From: Burkholderiales bacterium
GTDB lineage: Bacteria > Pseudomonadota > Gammaproteobacteria > Burkholderiales > SG8-39
Assembly (NCBI GenBank): GCA_027457185.1
Contig: DAIDTN010000136.1
Span: 1 to 35,188, forward strand
DNA length: 35,188 nt
Reading direction: 5' to 3'
Every line of letters begins with the position of its first letter. The first letter of the stretch is position 1. The position numbers were made by a program, and so were the translations under genes. A model generated the notes under the pieces. That model did not search any database and was not told the DNA's origin. It worked only from the letters and a program-made list of their open reading frames with translations. Positions 9,753 through 18,433 of this stretch are shown piece by piece.

Positions 9753-9827
9753 TTTTCGGCGCATCGTTCTAAAAAGACCGGCTTGGCACAGATCGTCCGT
9801 CAATTTCGCTGAAGAAAGGATGCCCGC

Positions 9828-9980
9828 ATGAATATCCACCTGGAACTCGCTCCACTGATATCGCTGATCGCGGGGATTCTGATCCTCATCATTCCCCGGC
9901 TGCTGAACTATATCGTCGCGCTTTATATGATTATCATCGGGCTGATCGGGCTTTTCGGTGGCGGCACTTTTCATCTCTGA
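9828..9980 (+). CDS. DUF3096 small membrane protein (50 aa)
   Basis: Below the track's length cut-off; found by hand. Sequence is MNIHLELAPLISLIAGILILIIPRLLNYIVALYMIIIGLIGLFGGGTFHL, which matches the DUF3096 pattern I remember. An AAGGA Shine-Dalgarno lies about 9 nt upstream. TGA stop. Confidence 0.7.
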   Translation: MNIHLELAPLISLIAGILILIIPRLLNYIVALYMIIIGLIGLFGGGTFHL

Positions 9981-10040
9981 CCAGGAAATGGCCGCGGCAA
10001 GGGCGGAAGCTCCGCCCCGATTGCGGCGCCATAGTTTCCT

Positions 10041-10382
10041 ATGCTGGTGACATTTCATAGCAAGGCGTGGAGCAGCATCACCATGTTCGGCGATGTCGCG
10101 GTGACGCTGCTGAAGATGGCGGGGCACAGCGGCACGGTGCCGGGCGCGCTGCTCGCCGGCGACATTCCTGCCGCGCTTGCACGCCTCGAACACGCAGCCG
10201 TCGCCGGCGCGGAAGAAGCGGGCAAAGCAAGCGTTCGGCCAGACGACGACGAGGATTCGCCGCCGGTAGGGCTCGGCCTGCGCGCCTATCCGCTGGTTCA
10301 GTTGCTAACCGCCGCGGCGGCGCAGGGATGCGACGTCATGTGGGAACGGGACCAGCCGTCGGTTAACAGCCCGATCGGCTAA
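10041..10382 (+). CDS. DUF1840 domain protein
   Basis: The N-terminus MLVTFHSKAWSSITMFGDVAVTLLKMAGHSG resembles the DUF1840 signature (MLxxFKSKAxxxVxMFGDVA..LL..xG). TAA stop. Convergent with the EAL gene. Confidence 0.65.
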   Translation: MLVTFHSKAWSSITMFGDVAVTLLKMAGHSGTVPGALLAGDIPAALARLEHAAVAGAEEAGKASVRPDDDEDSPPVGLGLRAYPLVQLLTAAAAQGCDVMWERDQPSVNSPIG

Positions 10383-10420
10383 CAACGCGCCGCCCGGCGT
10401 GCATGATCGACGCTTCATCG

Positions 10421-13400
10421 TTATTTGCCACCGGCAGGCGGCGCAAGCAGAAATTTTGCCTCGAACACTTCGCTCGGCACCGCTTTGCTGAACAGGAATC
10501 CCTGCATTTCGTCGCAGCTCAGTACGCGGAGCAGGCGCGATTGCTCCTCAGTTTCGACGCCCTCTGCCACCACCTTGACCTTGAGCGAATGCGCCAGGTT
10601 GATGATGGTGGACACCAATGCCAATCCCTCCGGTCCGCCCGTCATCTCGATCACGAACGAGCGGTCTATTTTCAGCGTGTCCACCGGCAGCTTGGCGAGA
10701 TAGCTGAGCGAGGAGAAGCCGGTACCGAAGTCGTCGATGGCGATGGTTACGCCCAGGGCGCGGATCGCCTGCAGGCTGGCGATACTGAGCTTGATGTCCG
10801 CCATGATCAGGCTTTCGGTGATTTCCAGTTCCAGTCCGGCCGCCGCGTGCGCGTCGATGCCGATGGCATGCCCGATCTCGGCGATAAAGCCGCGATTGCG
10901 CAATTGCAGCGGCGACACGTTCACTGCGATGCGTACCGCGGGCAGCCCTGCGGCGCGCCAGCGCAGGTAGTCTGCGATGGCCTGGTGCAGCGCCCAGCGC
11001 CCGACGTCATAGATCAATCCGGTTTCTTCCAGGATCGGGATGAACCGTCCCGGCGGCACCAGGCCGGTGCGCGGATCGTTCCAGCGGATCAGCGCCTCGG
11101 CGCCGGTGAGTTTGCCGCTTACGAGGTTCACCTTGGGTTGGTAGTGGAGCACGAACTCTTCGTTGTCGAGCGCCTGGCGCAGCTGGTTTTCCAGGGTGAG
11201 CTTGCCGGCCACCGCTTCGGTCATTTTCTGGGTGTAAAACAGGTAGCGCTCGCCGCTCGCCTTGGCCTTCTTCAGCGCGGCCTCGGCGTTCCTGAGCAAG
11301 GTCTCGGCATCGGCGCCGTCCTCCGGGAATACCGCTGCGCCGACCCTGGCGGAGACCCGGAATACCGCATCGTTCAGGCGGAACGGATGCTCCAGAAATG
11401 CCGCCATCGTTTTCTCAAGAAGCCGCGTGACGTCGCCTTCCCGCCTTACTTGCGGCAGCACCATGGCAAAATGGTCCGCACCGATCCGTGCCAGCAGGCT
11501 GGCGTCCCCAGCGTTGTGCGTCAGCCACTCCGCCACCTGCCGCAGCAGCGCGTCGCCGGCCGGCCGGCCGAGGCCGTCGTTGATGTTCTTGAACCGCTCC
11601 AGATCGATCAGGAACACGGCCAGCTCGTGTCCGCCGCTGACGGCACTGCGCACGTACTGCGCCACCCGCTCGAGAAACAGGCTGCGGTTCGCCAGGCCGG
11701 TGAGCACATCGTAGTAAGCGAGGTAATCGAGCCGCTCCTGCTTGTCGATGTGATCGATCGCGAATGCGATGTCGCCGGCCAATTCCGTCAACAGCTTCAA
11801 TTCGTCTTCATGGAAGAATTCAATCTCGCTGGCGTACAGCGCGAGAACGCCTACCGCTTCATCCGAAACGAGCAGCGGCAAAACCGCCATCGAGCGGACT
11901 CCCGCTTCGGCGTATTTCACGCCGAACAAAACCCTGGGGTCGCGCTGCGAATCGTTGGACACTACGGCTTGTTTCTCCCTGAGCGCAAGCGCGGTCATGG
12001 TAGTGGGCGCATGCTCGCTCGATGACAGGATGCCCCTGATGACGCTCAGGAGCGCCTCGTCCTTTCCTGCCGAGGCCACCGGGACAATCTTAGTCGCGCT
12101 CTTGTCCACAATGGCGATCAAGGCCATGCGGAAGCCGCCGGCCTCGACCGCGATCCGGCACGCTTCACGGAACAGTTCGTCACGGTCGTGCACGCGCACG
12201 ATCAGCGTATTGATACCGCTGAGCACCGCATGGACGCGGTTGAGGTGTACGATCCTGTCTGCCGCTTCCTTGCGTTCGGTGATGTCTTCGCCGATGCTTG
12301 CGGTTCCGATCACATCGCCGGCACCCGACCGCAGCACCGAATTGTTCCAGCGAATGAGCCGGCGCTCGCCCGAACGCGTGAGGATCTCGTTCTCGTGATG
12401 CCTTGCTTCGGGCAGGTTGGCTAGGAGCGCCGCGAAAAAGGAGTCCTTCAAATCGGCAATTTCTGGCGGTATAAAACGCTCGAACCAATTTCGCCCGATG
12501 ACTTCCTCGTAGCGCCAACCGCTCAGGCGGAGCAGGTACCCGTTGCAATAGGTAATCCGCCCTTCGCGGTCGAGCATCATGGAAACCAGCTCCACATTTC
12601 CCAGCAGGTCCCTAAAGCGCCGCTCGCTTTCGCGCAGTTCCTGCGCGGCGTGCTTGCGTTTGGTGATGTCGCGAAAATACCAGACGCGTCCGTAATATTT
12701 GCGATCCGCTCCAATGACCGGAGCGGAATACCGGTCGATTATCCGTCCATCTCTCAGCGATACCTCGTCGCGACTCTTGTCGTCGTGATGCTCGTGCAGA
12801 TACTGGACCCGGGCGACAAATGCCTCCGAATTCTCGACTTGGTCAGCCACTGATTGGAGTACGGGCGCATCCAGACGCGCGCTGACGAGCTGCGGAGACA
12901 GCCGCCACAGATCGATGAATTGTTGATTGTAGGAGATGATGTGTCCGTTCTCATCGACCACCAGCATGGCGTCGAGCGAGGTCTCCTGTAGCGTCTGAAG
13001 CATCGTGTTCTTGAACCGTATTTCCTCCGCCGCCTGCTTGCGCTCGGTGATGTCTTCGGCCATTCCTATAATGTCCTGTGGAAGCCCATTCTTATCGCGC
13101 AACATTGTGACAAAGAGCCTTGCCCAGATCGGATTGCCATTTTTATGGACATATCTTTTTTCCATGCTATACGCGAATATCTTTCCTTCCAATAATTCCG
13201 TGAATTGATTCACATCGTTATCAACATCCTCGGGATACGTAAAATCACTAAACTTCATTTGCGACAATTCAGCATTGCTATAGCCAACCATTTTGGACAA
13301 AGGTGAATTGGAAACGATCGGGTGGCCTTGCATATCAAGCAGCGCCATCGCGATCGGAGCTTGATCAAAGATGGCTCTAAAGCGTTCTTCACTATCCCGA

Positions 13401-14368
13401 ACTAGGCGCTCGGCTTGCTTGCGCTCAGTGATGTCCGTACCGACACCGCGGTAGCCCAGGAATGTGCCGGAGGCATCGAACACAGGATCGCCACTGATCG
13501 CAATATGCCGTTCTGTGCCATTGCCCCCGAGCCGCGACAGCTCGAAATCGCGGAACGGAAGATGCGCGTCGAGCACGTCCCGATGCGCCTGCCAGCCGGC
13601 TGCGTCGGGCGAAAGATTCGGAATCTCCCAGCGACGCTCGCCAATCTGCGCGCCGCGCTGGAATACTGCAACCATGCTTCGCTTCTTGCTCGCAGAGGCG
13701 CGCGCCGTGAGTCGGTGTTCGGCGTCGCTCTCCCAGTAGAAGTCGGAAGACATCGCGGTCAGTGCGCGAAAGCGTGCCTCGCTCTCGCGCAACGCTTCCT
13801 CAGCACGCTTGCGCTCGATGATGTTGAGGTGCATGACGACGACGCCATTCGGATGGTCATCAGTCAGGGGTGTCACGGTCATCAGGAACCAGCGCTGTTC
13901 CGCGGGCGAATGACAGGGATATTCGAGCGAAAAGCTCTTTTGGGCGCCAGCCAGCACCGAGCGAATGCCGGCGGCGGCCTGGTGTGCTTCCGATTCGCCG
14001 TCTCCCCGCGCGCGGTCGCATACCTCGAGGTAGTTCATGCCGATCGCATATGCCGGGCTTTGGAGCGCATTGGCATCCGCAAATCGCCGCCACGCGTCGT
14101 TCACTGTGGTGATGCGCCCCTGAATATCGAGCAAGACGATATGCGCTGGCAGCGCGTTGAGGATGGCCGCCTGCTTCGCCGTCTCGCTGACACGCAACTG
14201 TTCCTGGGCGTGCCGCAACACAAACGGCCGGCCGTCCGAGTCCGCCACCGTATCGACCTCGCCTGCCGTCAGCTCCTCCAGGCGTTGTCCGGTTTGGTGC
14301 AGCGGCTGGATTAACGCGGAAATTTCCTCGTCTGCGTCCACCGCAGGGGATGGCATTGCAGGTCTCAT
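10421..14368 (-). CDS. multi-sensor c-di-GMP protein: PAS x5 - GAF - degenerate GGDEF (GADHF) - EAL (probable phosphodiesterase)
   Basis: 1315 aa from the ATG at 14368, which overlaps the kaiB TGA (ATGA). Five PAS/PAC repeats are each closed by ..DITERK-type linkers, followed by a GAF region (..FRMALIAIVD..). The GGDEF-domain signature reads RIGADHF (11468-11482). The EAL domain looks intact: EAL at 11090-11098, ELEITES, DDFGTG, KIDRSF, AEGVETEEQ, QGF. The track's 14689 start is a spurious extension across kaiB. Confidence 0.9.
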   Translation of the reverse strand: MRPAMPSPAVDADEEISALIQPLHQTGQRLEELTAGEVDTVADSDGRPFVLRHAQEQLRVSETAKQAAILNALPAHIVLLDIQGRITTVNDAWRRFADANALQSPAYAIGMNYLEVCDRARGDGESEAHQAAAGIRSVLAGAQKSFSLEYPCHSPAEQRWFLMTVTPLTDDHPNGVVVMHLNIIERKRAEEALRESEARFRALTAMSSDFYWESDAEHRLTARASASKKRSMVAVFQRGAQIGERRWEIPNLSPDAAGWQAHRDVLDAHLPFRDFELSRLGGNGTERHIAISGDPVFDASGTFLGYRGVGTDITERKQAERLVRDSEERFRAIFDQAPIAMALLDMQGHPIVSNSPLSKMVGYSNAELSQMKFSDFTYPEDVDNDVNQFTELLEGKIFAYSMEKRYVHKNGNPIWARLFVTMLRDKNGLPQDIIGMAEDITERKQAAEEIRFKNTMLQTLQETSLDAMLVVDENGHIISYNQQFIDLWRLSPQLVSARLDAPVLQSVADQVENSEAFVARVQYLHEHHDDKSRDEVSLRDGRIIDRYSAPVIGADRKYYGRVWYFRDITKRKHAAQELRESERRFRDLLGNVELVSMMLDREGRITYCNGYLLRLSGWRYEEVIGRNWFERFIPPEIADLKDSFFAALLANLPEARHHENEILTRSGERRLIRWNNSVLRSGAGDVIGTASIGEDITERKEAADRIVHLNRVHAVLSGINTLIVRVHDRDELFREACRIAVEAGGFRMALIAIVDKSATKIVPVASAGKDEALLSVIRGILSSSEHAPTTMTALALREKQAVVSNDSQRDPRVLFGVKYAEAGVRSMAVLPLLVSDEAVGVLALYASEIEFFHEDELKLLTELAGDIAFAIDHIDKQERLDYLAYYDVLTGLANRSLFLERVAQYVRSAVSGGHELAVFLIDLERFKNINDGLGRPAGDALLRQVAEWLTHNAGDASLLARIGADHFAMVLPQVRREGDVTRLLEKTMAAFLEHPFRLNDAVFRVSARVGAAVFPEDGADAETLLRNAEAALKKAKASGERYLFYTQKMTEAVAGKLTLENQLRQALDNEEFVLHYQPKVNLVSGKLTGAEALIRWNDPRTGLVPPGRFIPILEETGLIYDVGRWALHQAIADYLRWRAAGLPAVRIAVNVSPLQLRNRGFIAEIGHAIGIDAHAAAGLELEITESLIMADIKLSIASLQAIRALGVTIAIDDFGTGFSSLSYLAKLPVDTLKIDRSFVIEMTGGPEGLALVSTIINLAHSLKVKVVAEGVETEEQSRLLRVLSCDEMQGFLFSKAVPSEVFEAKFLLAPPAGGK

Positions 14369-14655
14369 GCTGCGATGGCCTCCAGCCCCAAAGCCTGCAA
14401 CATCGGCTGCGTTTGGCTGAGTGCGCCGACAATGCGTCGAGGGGGGAACGGCGCGAGCTTGACCAGCGTCGGCGTCATGAAGATGCCGTCGGCCAGCGCG
14501 CGCCCCGGTTCCTGGAATACATACACGACTTCGATTTCGTGCCGTTCCGGAAGGTGTGTCCGGCAAAGCGCCGTGAGGTTGGCAAGCGCCTGCACGGAGT
14601 TGAGCGCGTCGCCCGCGACATAGAGCCGGAACTTGAACTTCGTGCGTCGACTCAT
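14365..14655 (-). CDS. kaiB: circadian clock protein KaiB homologue
   Basis: 96 aa. FKFRLYVAGDALNSVQALANL.. / ..DGIFMTPTLVKLAPFPPRRIVGALS aligns with cyanobacterial KaiB (LKLYVAGNTPNSVRAL.. / ILATPTLAKVLPLPVRRIIGDLS). Its ATG overlaps the kaiC TGA, and its TGA overlaps the next ATG. Confidence 0.9.
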   Translation of the reverse strand: MSRRTKFKFRLYVAGDALNSVQALANLTALCRTHLPERHEIEVVYVFQEPGRALADGIFMTPTLVKLAPFPPRRIVGALSQTQPMLQALGLEAIAA

Positions 14656-16397
14656 GGTCGGCTCGCTTTCCGCCCCGGAATCGCCGCATCGGCGCCGCGC
14701 AACTCCTTCATCTGGGTGCGGCCGCGCGACAACTCGCCCTTATCGCTTTGCGTGGTGCGCACCAGCAAGGCTTTCTCCACCTGCTTCGCCACGAGTTCGG
14801 TCTGCAGCGACTTCAGTCGCACATTGAGTTCGGCCTCCTCGGCATCGAGTTTGACGCGCTTCAGCTTCGCGGCGACTTCCGCGGCCTCGTGCACGCCGCG
14901 CTCGGCGCGTTCCTTTTCCCAGCGCAGCGTGCCCATCAACACCTCGCCGCCCGCGGTGTAGGTGTCGGCCAGGGTCACGCCGGCGTCGCTCAGGATCAGC
15001 TCGCGCACTTGGTTCGAATGCGTCGTGCCGCGGGACTTGACGATGGACAGACCGCGGTTGCGTTCACCGGCCTGTATCAGGTAATTGAGGTGGATCCAGG
15101 TGTCCACCAGCGCCGAGATCTGCAGCTGCGAGCCGCCTTCCCCCTGGCCGGACATCTCGTCGAGCAGGCTGGTGCAGACCAGGGTGGTGCCTTCGCCCTT
15201 GGACCAGTCGATCAGGCGGTCCGCCACGCTCTGCGTGCTCAGGTCGTTGCCGGACTTGGACCAGGCGGACACCGGATCGATCACCACGCAGCGGGCCCGA
15301 TGCTCTTTCGCCAGCGCCTTGATGCGCACCAGATAGGTCTCGGCGCTGCCGGTGATGGCGCGGGCCGAGATCATGCGCAGGCACCCGCTTGCGACGTAAC
15401 GATCCAGATGGATGCCGACGGAGAGCAGGTTGCGGATCACTTCGGTACTGTTCGTATCGAAGCAGACGAACATGGTGCGCTAGCCGCGGCGGCAGGCCGC
15501 TTCGGCGAACGCACCGCTCAGGGTCGTCTTGGCCGTGCCGGAGAAGCCGGTGATGAGTACGCTGGCGCCGCGATAGTAGCCGCCGCCGAGCATGGTGTCG
15601 AGCCGCGCGACGCCGCTGGACACGCGCTCGTTGCTCACCTTGGCATCGACGCGGCTCAGCGTGTGCGCGACGGCGACCTCGAATCCGCTGTTGCCGATCA
15701 GGAATGCCGACTCATTCTCATCGAAGCCGGAGCCGCGATACTTCTGCACGCGCAGACTGCGTTGCGACACGCCCAGCACCACGCTGTGGTTGAGGATCAC
15801 GGCGCAGTCCACCATGAATTGCATGAAGCCGAACGGCTGCTGGCTGATCGGGCTGGTATCGTCCGCTCCGGACTTGAGGGTAATGACGCCCGTCAGTTCG
15901 TGCGCCAGTAACCACGCATGCAGCCGGTAGATCTCGCGCCTTTCCGCCGCCGTGTCGGGCAAGAGCGCCAAGACGACGTCCAGCGCATCGAACACGATGC
16001 GCTTCGCCCCCATTTCCCGGGTCTTGACCTCCAGCGCCGCCAGCATCCCGCCCAGATCGAAGTCCCCGGACTGGACCAGGTCGGGCAGCGGCTGGGCGTC
16101 CATGAAAAAGAGCTTGTTCCGCCGCAATTCCGGAAGTTTCCAGCCGAAGCTGTCCGCATTGGCCGCGATGCGCTTCGAGCTCTCCTCGAACGCGACGAAT
16201 ATTCCCGGCTCCTTGCACGCGCGCGCGCCATGCGCCAGGAACTGCAGCGCGAGCACGGTCTTGCCCGAACCCGGTCCGCCCACCAGCAGCGTGGTGCGGC
16301 CGTGCGGCAAGCCGCCGCCGGTGATTTCATCGAAACCGGCGATGCCGGTCGGCGCCTTAATCGGCGTTTTCACGAGTGGCGAACGGACCGATTTCAT
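14652..16397 (-). pseudogene. kaiC: KaiC-like double-domain ATPase (KaiC2-type with long C-terminal coiled-coil tail), interrupted by one in-frame TAG at 15480-15482
   Basis: One reading frame is split into track ORFs 15480..16673 (true ATG at 16397, GGGAGG Shine-Dalgarno upstream) and 14652..15473. The CI domain has GGPGSGKT, FVAFEES and RIVFDALD. The CII domain has GFSGTAKT, then ..AACRRG*RTMFVCFDTNS.., RCVVIDPVSA and QISALVDTWIHLNY..VKSRGTTHSNQVREL. The tail is about 90 aa of heptad-like sequence (EKERAERGVHEAAEVAAKLKRVKLDAEEAELNVRLKSLQTELVAKQVEK). I cannot decide from the sequence whether it is a pseudogene, a sequence error or a read-through gene. Confidence 0.85.
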
Positions 16398-16540
16398 CTT
16401 GCCTCCCGGCGAAACACTGGAACGGTCCCAGAGGCGGCCCACGCGGGATGATTCGCGGAAGGGGCGAGAAGGACCGGCGGCGAGGGAAATGGCCGTGGTT
16501 CCCCTCCTTCTGGCAGTGTCCCCCCTTTTCACCGTAGCGG

Positions 16541-16560
16541 TATGTGCGCTAGCCCACATA
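16541..16560 (+). repeat. intergenic palindromic element, copy 8 (TATGTGCGCTAGCCCACATA)
   Basis: Near-perfect 20-bp palindrome about 145-165 nt upstream of the kaiC ATG. It has the same TATGTGCGC left arm as the other copies. Confidence 0.55.
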
Positions 16561-16706
16561 GAACGCCGCTGCACTCCGCTGCCCGCGGCAGAGCCCAGTA
16601 AGCAGGACCTGATCATTGCGGCAGGCACCGCTTTGTTCAACCCATGGCCGAATATTTGGCTGACTCGAACCAAAGCCGGGCGCGGCTATGCGCGGCACTT
16701 TGCCCT

Positions 16707-16740
16707 TATGCGCGCCAGCGCACGGAAAGCACCGAGCGCG
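16707..16740 (+). repeat. intergenic palindromic element, copy 5 (TATGCGCGCCAGCGCACGGAAAGCACCGAGCGCG)
   Basis: Same core, 83-116 nt upstream of the ATG at 16823. A degenerate half copy (CTATGCGCGGCAC) lies just upstream at 16686. Confidence 0.55.
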
Positions 16741-16822
16741 GGAAGCACAATCAGCGCAGCGATCGAGGCCCTGCGGTAACGCCGTTACCGACTTGGGTTT
16801 AGAGACCACGAAGAGAGGCGAA

Positions 16823-17260
16823 ATGAAGACGCAAACGAACAGGCTTCTGCATCGGCCTTTGTTGGTCGGAAGCGTTGCGGCGATCTTGATCAGCGGCATT
16901 GCCATTGCCTCCGTTGCGATCTCGGCCCAGAGCTTTGACGGCGTCCTCGCAGGCGCGCCGCCGGCCGATACGTCCGCGCTGCACACCATCGCGGCAGCCG
17001 CCGGCCATGTCTACAGCTGTCCCGATTGCGGGGTGATCGAGTCGACGCGGGACATTGGAGGTCCCGGCGAAAAGACCGAAGTCGGCGCGTCCGATCGGAG
17101 TGCGGCCGGCAAGCGCGCCGAAATCGAGGCGAAGCCCATGCGGAACTACGAAATCACCATTCGCATGCAGGACGGATCCATGCGCGTGATCAAGGACCCC
17201 AGATCGGCGCGATGGCGGCAGGGGGAGCCGGTAACCGTCATAGCCGGCGTGGATCAATGA
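16823..17260 (+). CDS. hypothetical membrane-anchored protein with CxxC motif
   Basis: 145 aa from the ATG at 16823 (GAGAGG Shine-Dalgarno). It starts MKTQTNRLLHRPLLVGSVAAILISGIAIASVAI (TM anchor), then has CPDCGVIES and a beta-rich tail (YEITIRMQDGSMRVIKD..WRQGEPVTVIAG). The stop overlaps the next ATG (ATGA). I cannot name a family with confidence. Confidence 0.6.
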   Translation: MKTQTNRLLHRPLLVGSVAAILISGIAIASVAISAQSFDGVLAGAPPADTSALHTIAAAAGHVYSCPDCGVIESTRDIGGPGEKTEVGASDRSAAGKRAEIEAKPMRNYEITIRMQDGSMRVIKDPRSARWRQGEPVTVIAGVDQ

Positions 17261-18426
17261 GTTCGGCATCCGGCGAGGCCGTCAAGGAGATTGCGTCCGA
17301 TCCGGCTGTCGCCGCCGCGGAAGCAGTCGCGCTGGGGGATCGCCGGCGCAACACCAGTATGAGCCTGGCCATGAGCGTTCTGGCGGCCATCGCGTTGGTC
17401 GCCGCACTGTACCTGGCGCGCGCATTCTTCGTGCCCTTGCTGATCGGCATTCTGGGAAGCTACGCGCTGCGCCCGCTGGTCGACTGGCTCGAGGCGCATT
17501 ACATTCCGCGAGCTGCGGGCGCAGCGTTGGTGCTGTTCACCTTGGTCGGCGGACTATTGTGGGTGGGCTATTCCCTGAGAGACGATGCCGCAGCGATGAT
17601 CGAAAAGCTGCCCGAGGCCGCGCGCAAATTTCGACAGACAATGACCGACGCGCGCGCCGGCGGCAGGACGCCGCTGCAGAACATTCAGGAGGCCGCCAAC
17701 GAGATTCAGGGGGCCACGGCGGAGGCCGCACTGAGGCCGGGGAGGCGGCTTGCCGCGGTTAGCGCGCCGGAGCCTTCCGTTTGGCTGCGCGACTATGCGA
17801 TCGCGCAGTCGCGTCTGCTGATCAGCGTTGCGGCGCAGGCGCCGATCGTGCTGTTGCTCGCCTATTTCCTGCTGGCTTCCGGAGTGCATTTCCGGCGCAA
17901 GCTGGTGCAGTTCGTCGGTCCTTCGCTGTCGCGCAAGAAGGACGCCGTGCGGATTCTCGAACAAATCGACGTGCAGGTTCAGCGCTACCTGCTCACGATG
18001 CTCCTGTCTAATACTCTTGTCGCAATTGGCACCTGGCTCGCGTTCGAGGCGCTCGGCGTGGAGAATGCCGGCGTCTGGGGCGCTGCAGCGGGCGTGCTGC
18101 ATTTCATCCCCTATCTGGGCTCGGCGCTGATGGTGCTCGGAAGCGGGGTCGCCGCCTTTCTCCAGTTTGGATCGGCACTGCATGCGCTGAGCATCGCCGG
18201 CGCGGCGCTGCTGGTCGCGGGCGCGATTGGCCATTTGTTCATGACCTGGCTGCAGAGCCGGGCCGCGCGCGTGAATGCCGCCGTGCTGTTCATCGCCTTG
18301 CTGTTCTTCGGCTGGCTGTGGGGCATCTGGGGGCTGTTGCTCGGCGCGCCGCTGGTTGCGATCGTCAAAGTGGTCTGCGACCGCGTCGAAACGCTCAAAC
18401 CAGTCGGTGAACTGCTTGGGCGCTAA
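17257..18426 (+). CDS. AI-2E family transporter (PerM/UPF0118)
   Basis: 389 aa and multi-TM. The C-terminal ..LFFGWLWGIWGLLLGAPLVAIVKVVCD.. is the family hallmark. The start is set to the ATG at 17257, which overlaps the upstream stop. A later Met (MSLAMSV) is possible. Confidence 0.8.
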   Translation: MSSASGEAVKEIASDPAVAAAEAVALGDRRRNTSMSLAMSVLAAIALVAALYLARAFFVPLLIGILGSYALRPLVDWLEAHYIPRAAGAALVLFTLVGGLLWVGYSLRDDAAAMIEKLPEAARKFRQTMTDARAGGRTPLQNIQEAANEIQGATAEAALRPGRRLAAVSAPEPSVWLRDYAIAQSRLLISVAAQAPIVLLLAYFLLASGVHFRRKLVQFVGPSLSRKKDAVRILEQIDVQVQRYLLTMLLSNTLVAIGTWLAFEALGVENAGVWGAAAGVLHFIPYLGSALMVLGSGVAAFLQFGSALHALSIAGAALLVAGAIGHLFMTWLQSRAARVNAAVLFIALLFFGWLWGIWGLLLGAPLVAIVKVVCDRVETLKPVGELLGR

Positions 18427-18433
18427 TGTCTGC

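Noticed and set aside
10403-12025. 540-aa plus-strand ORF. Similar long ORFs are 14748..15911 (+), 22135..23799 (-), 26975..28588 (-), 27937..30309 (+) and 4661..5329 (-).
   Set aside because: All of them lie antisense to genes with unmistakable family motifs (EAL, KaiC, ABC, GlgP, GlgA, AsmA). Their translations are Arg/Ala/Gly/Pro-rich low-complexity sequence, which is typical of open antisense frames in high-GC DNA.
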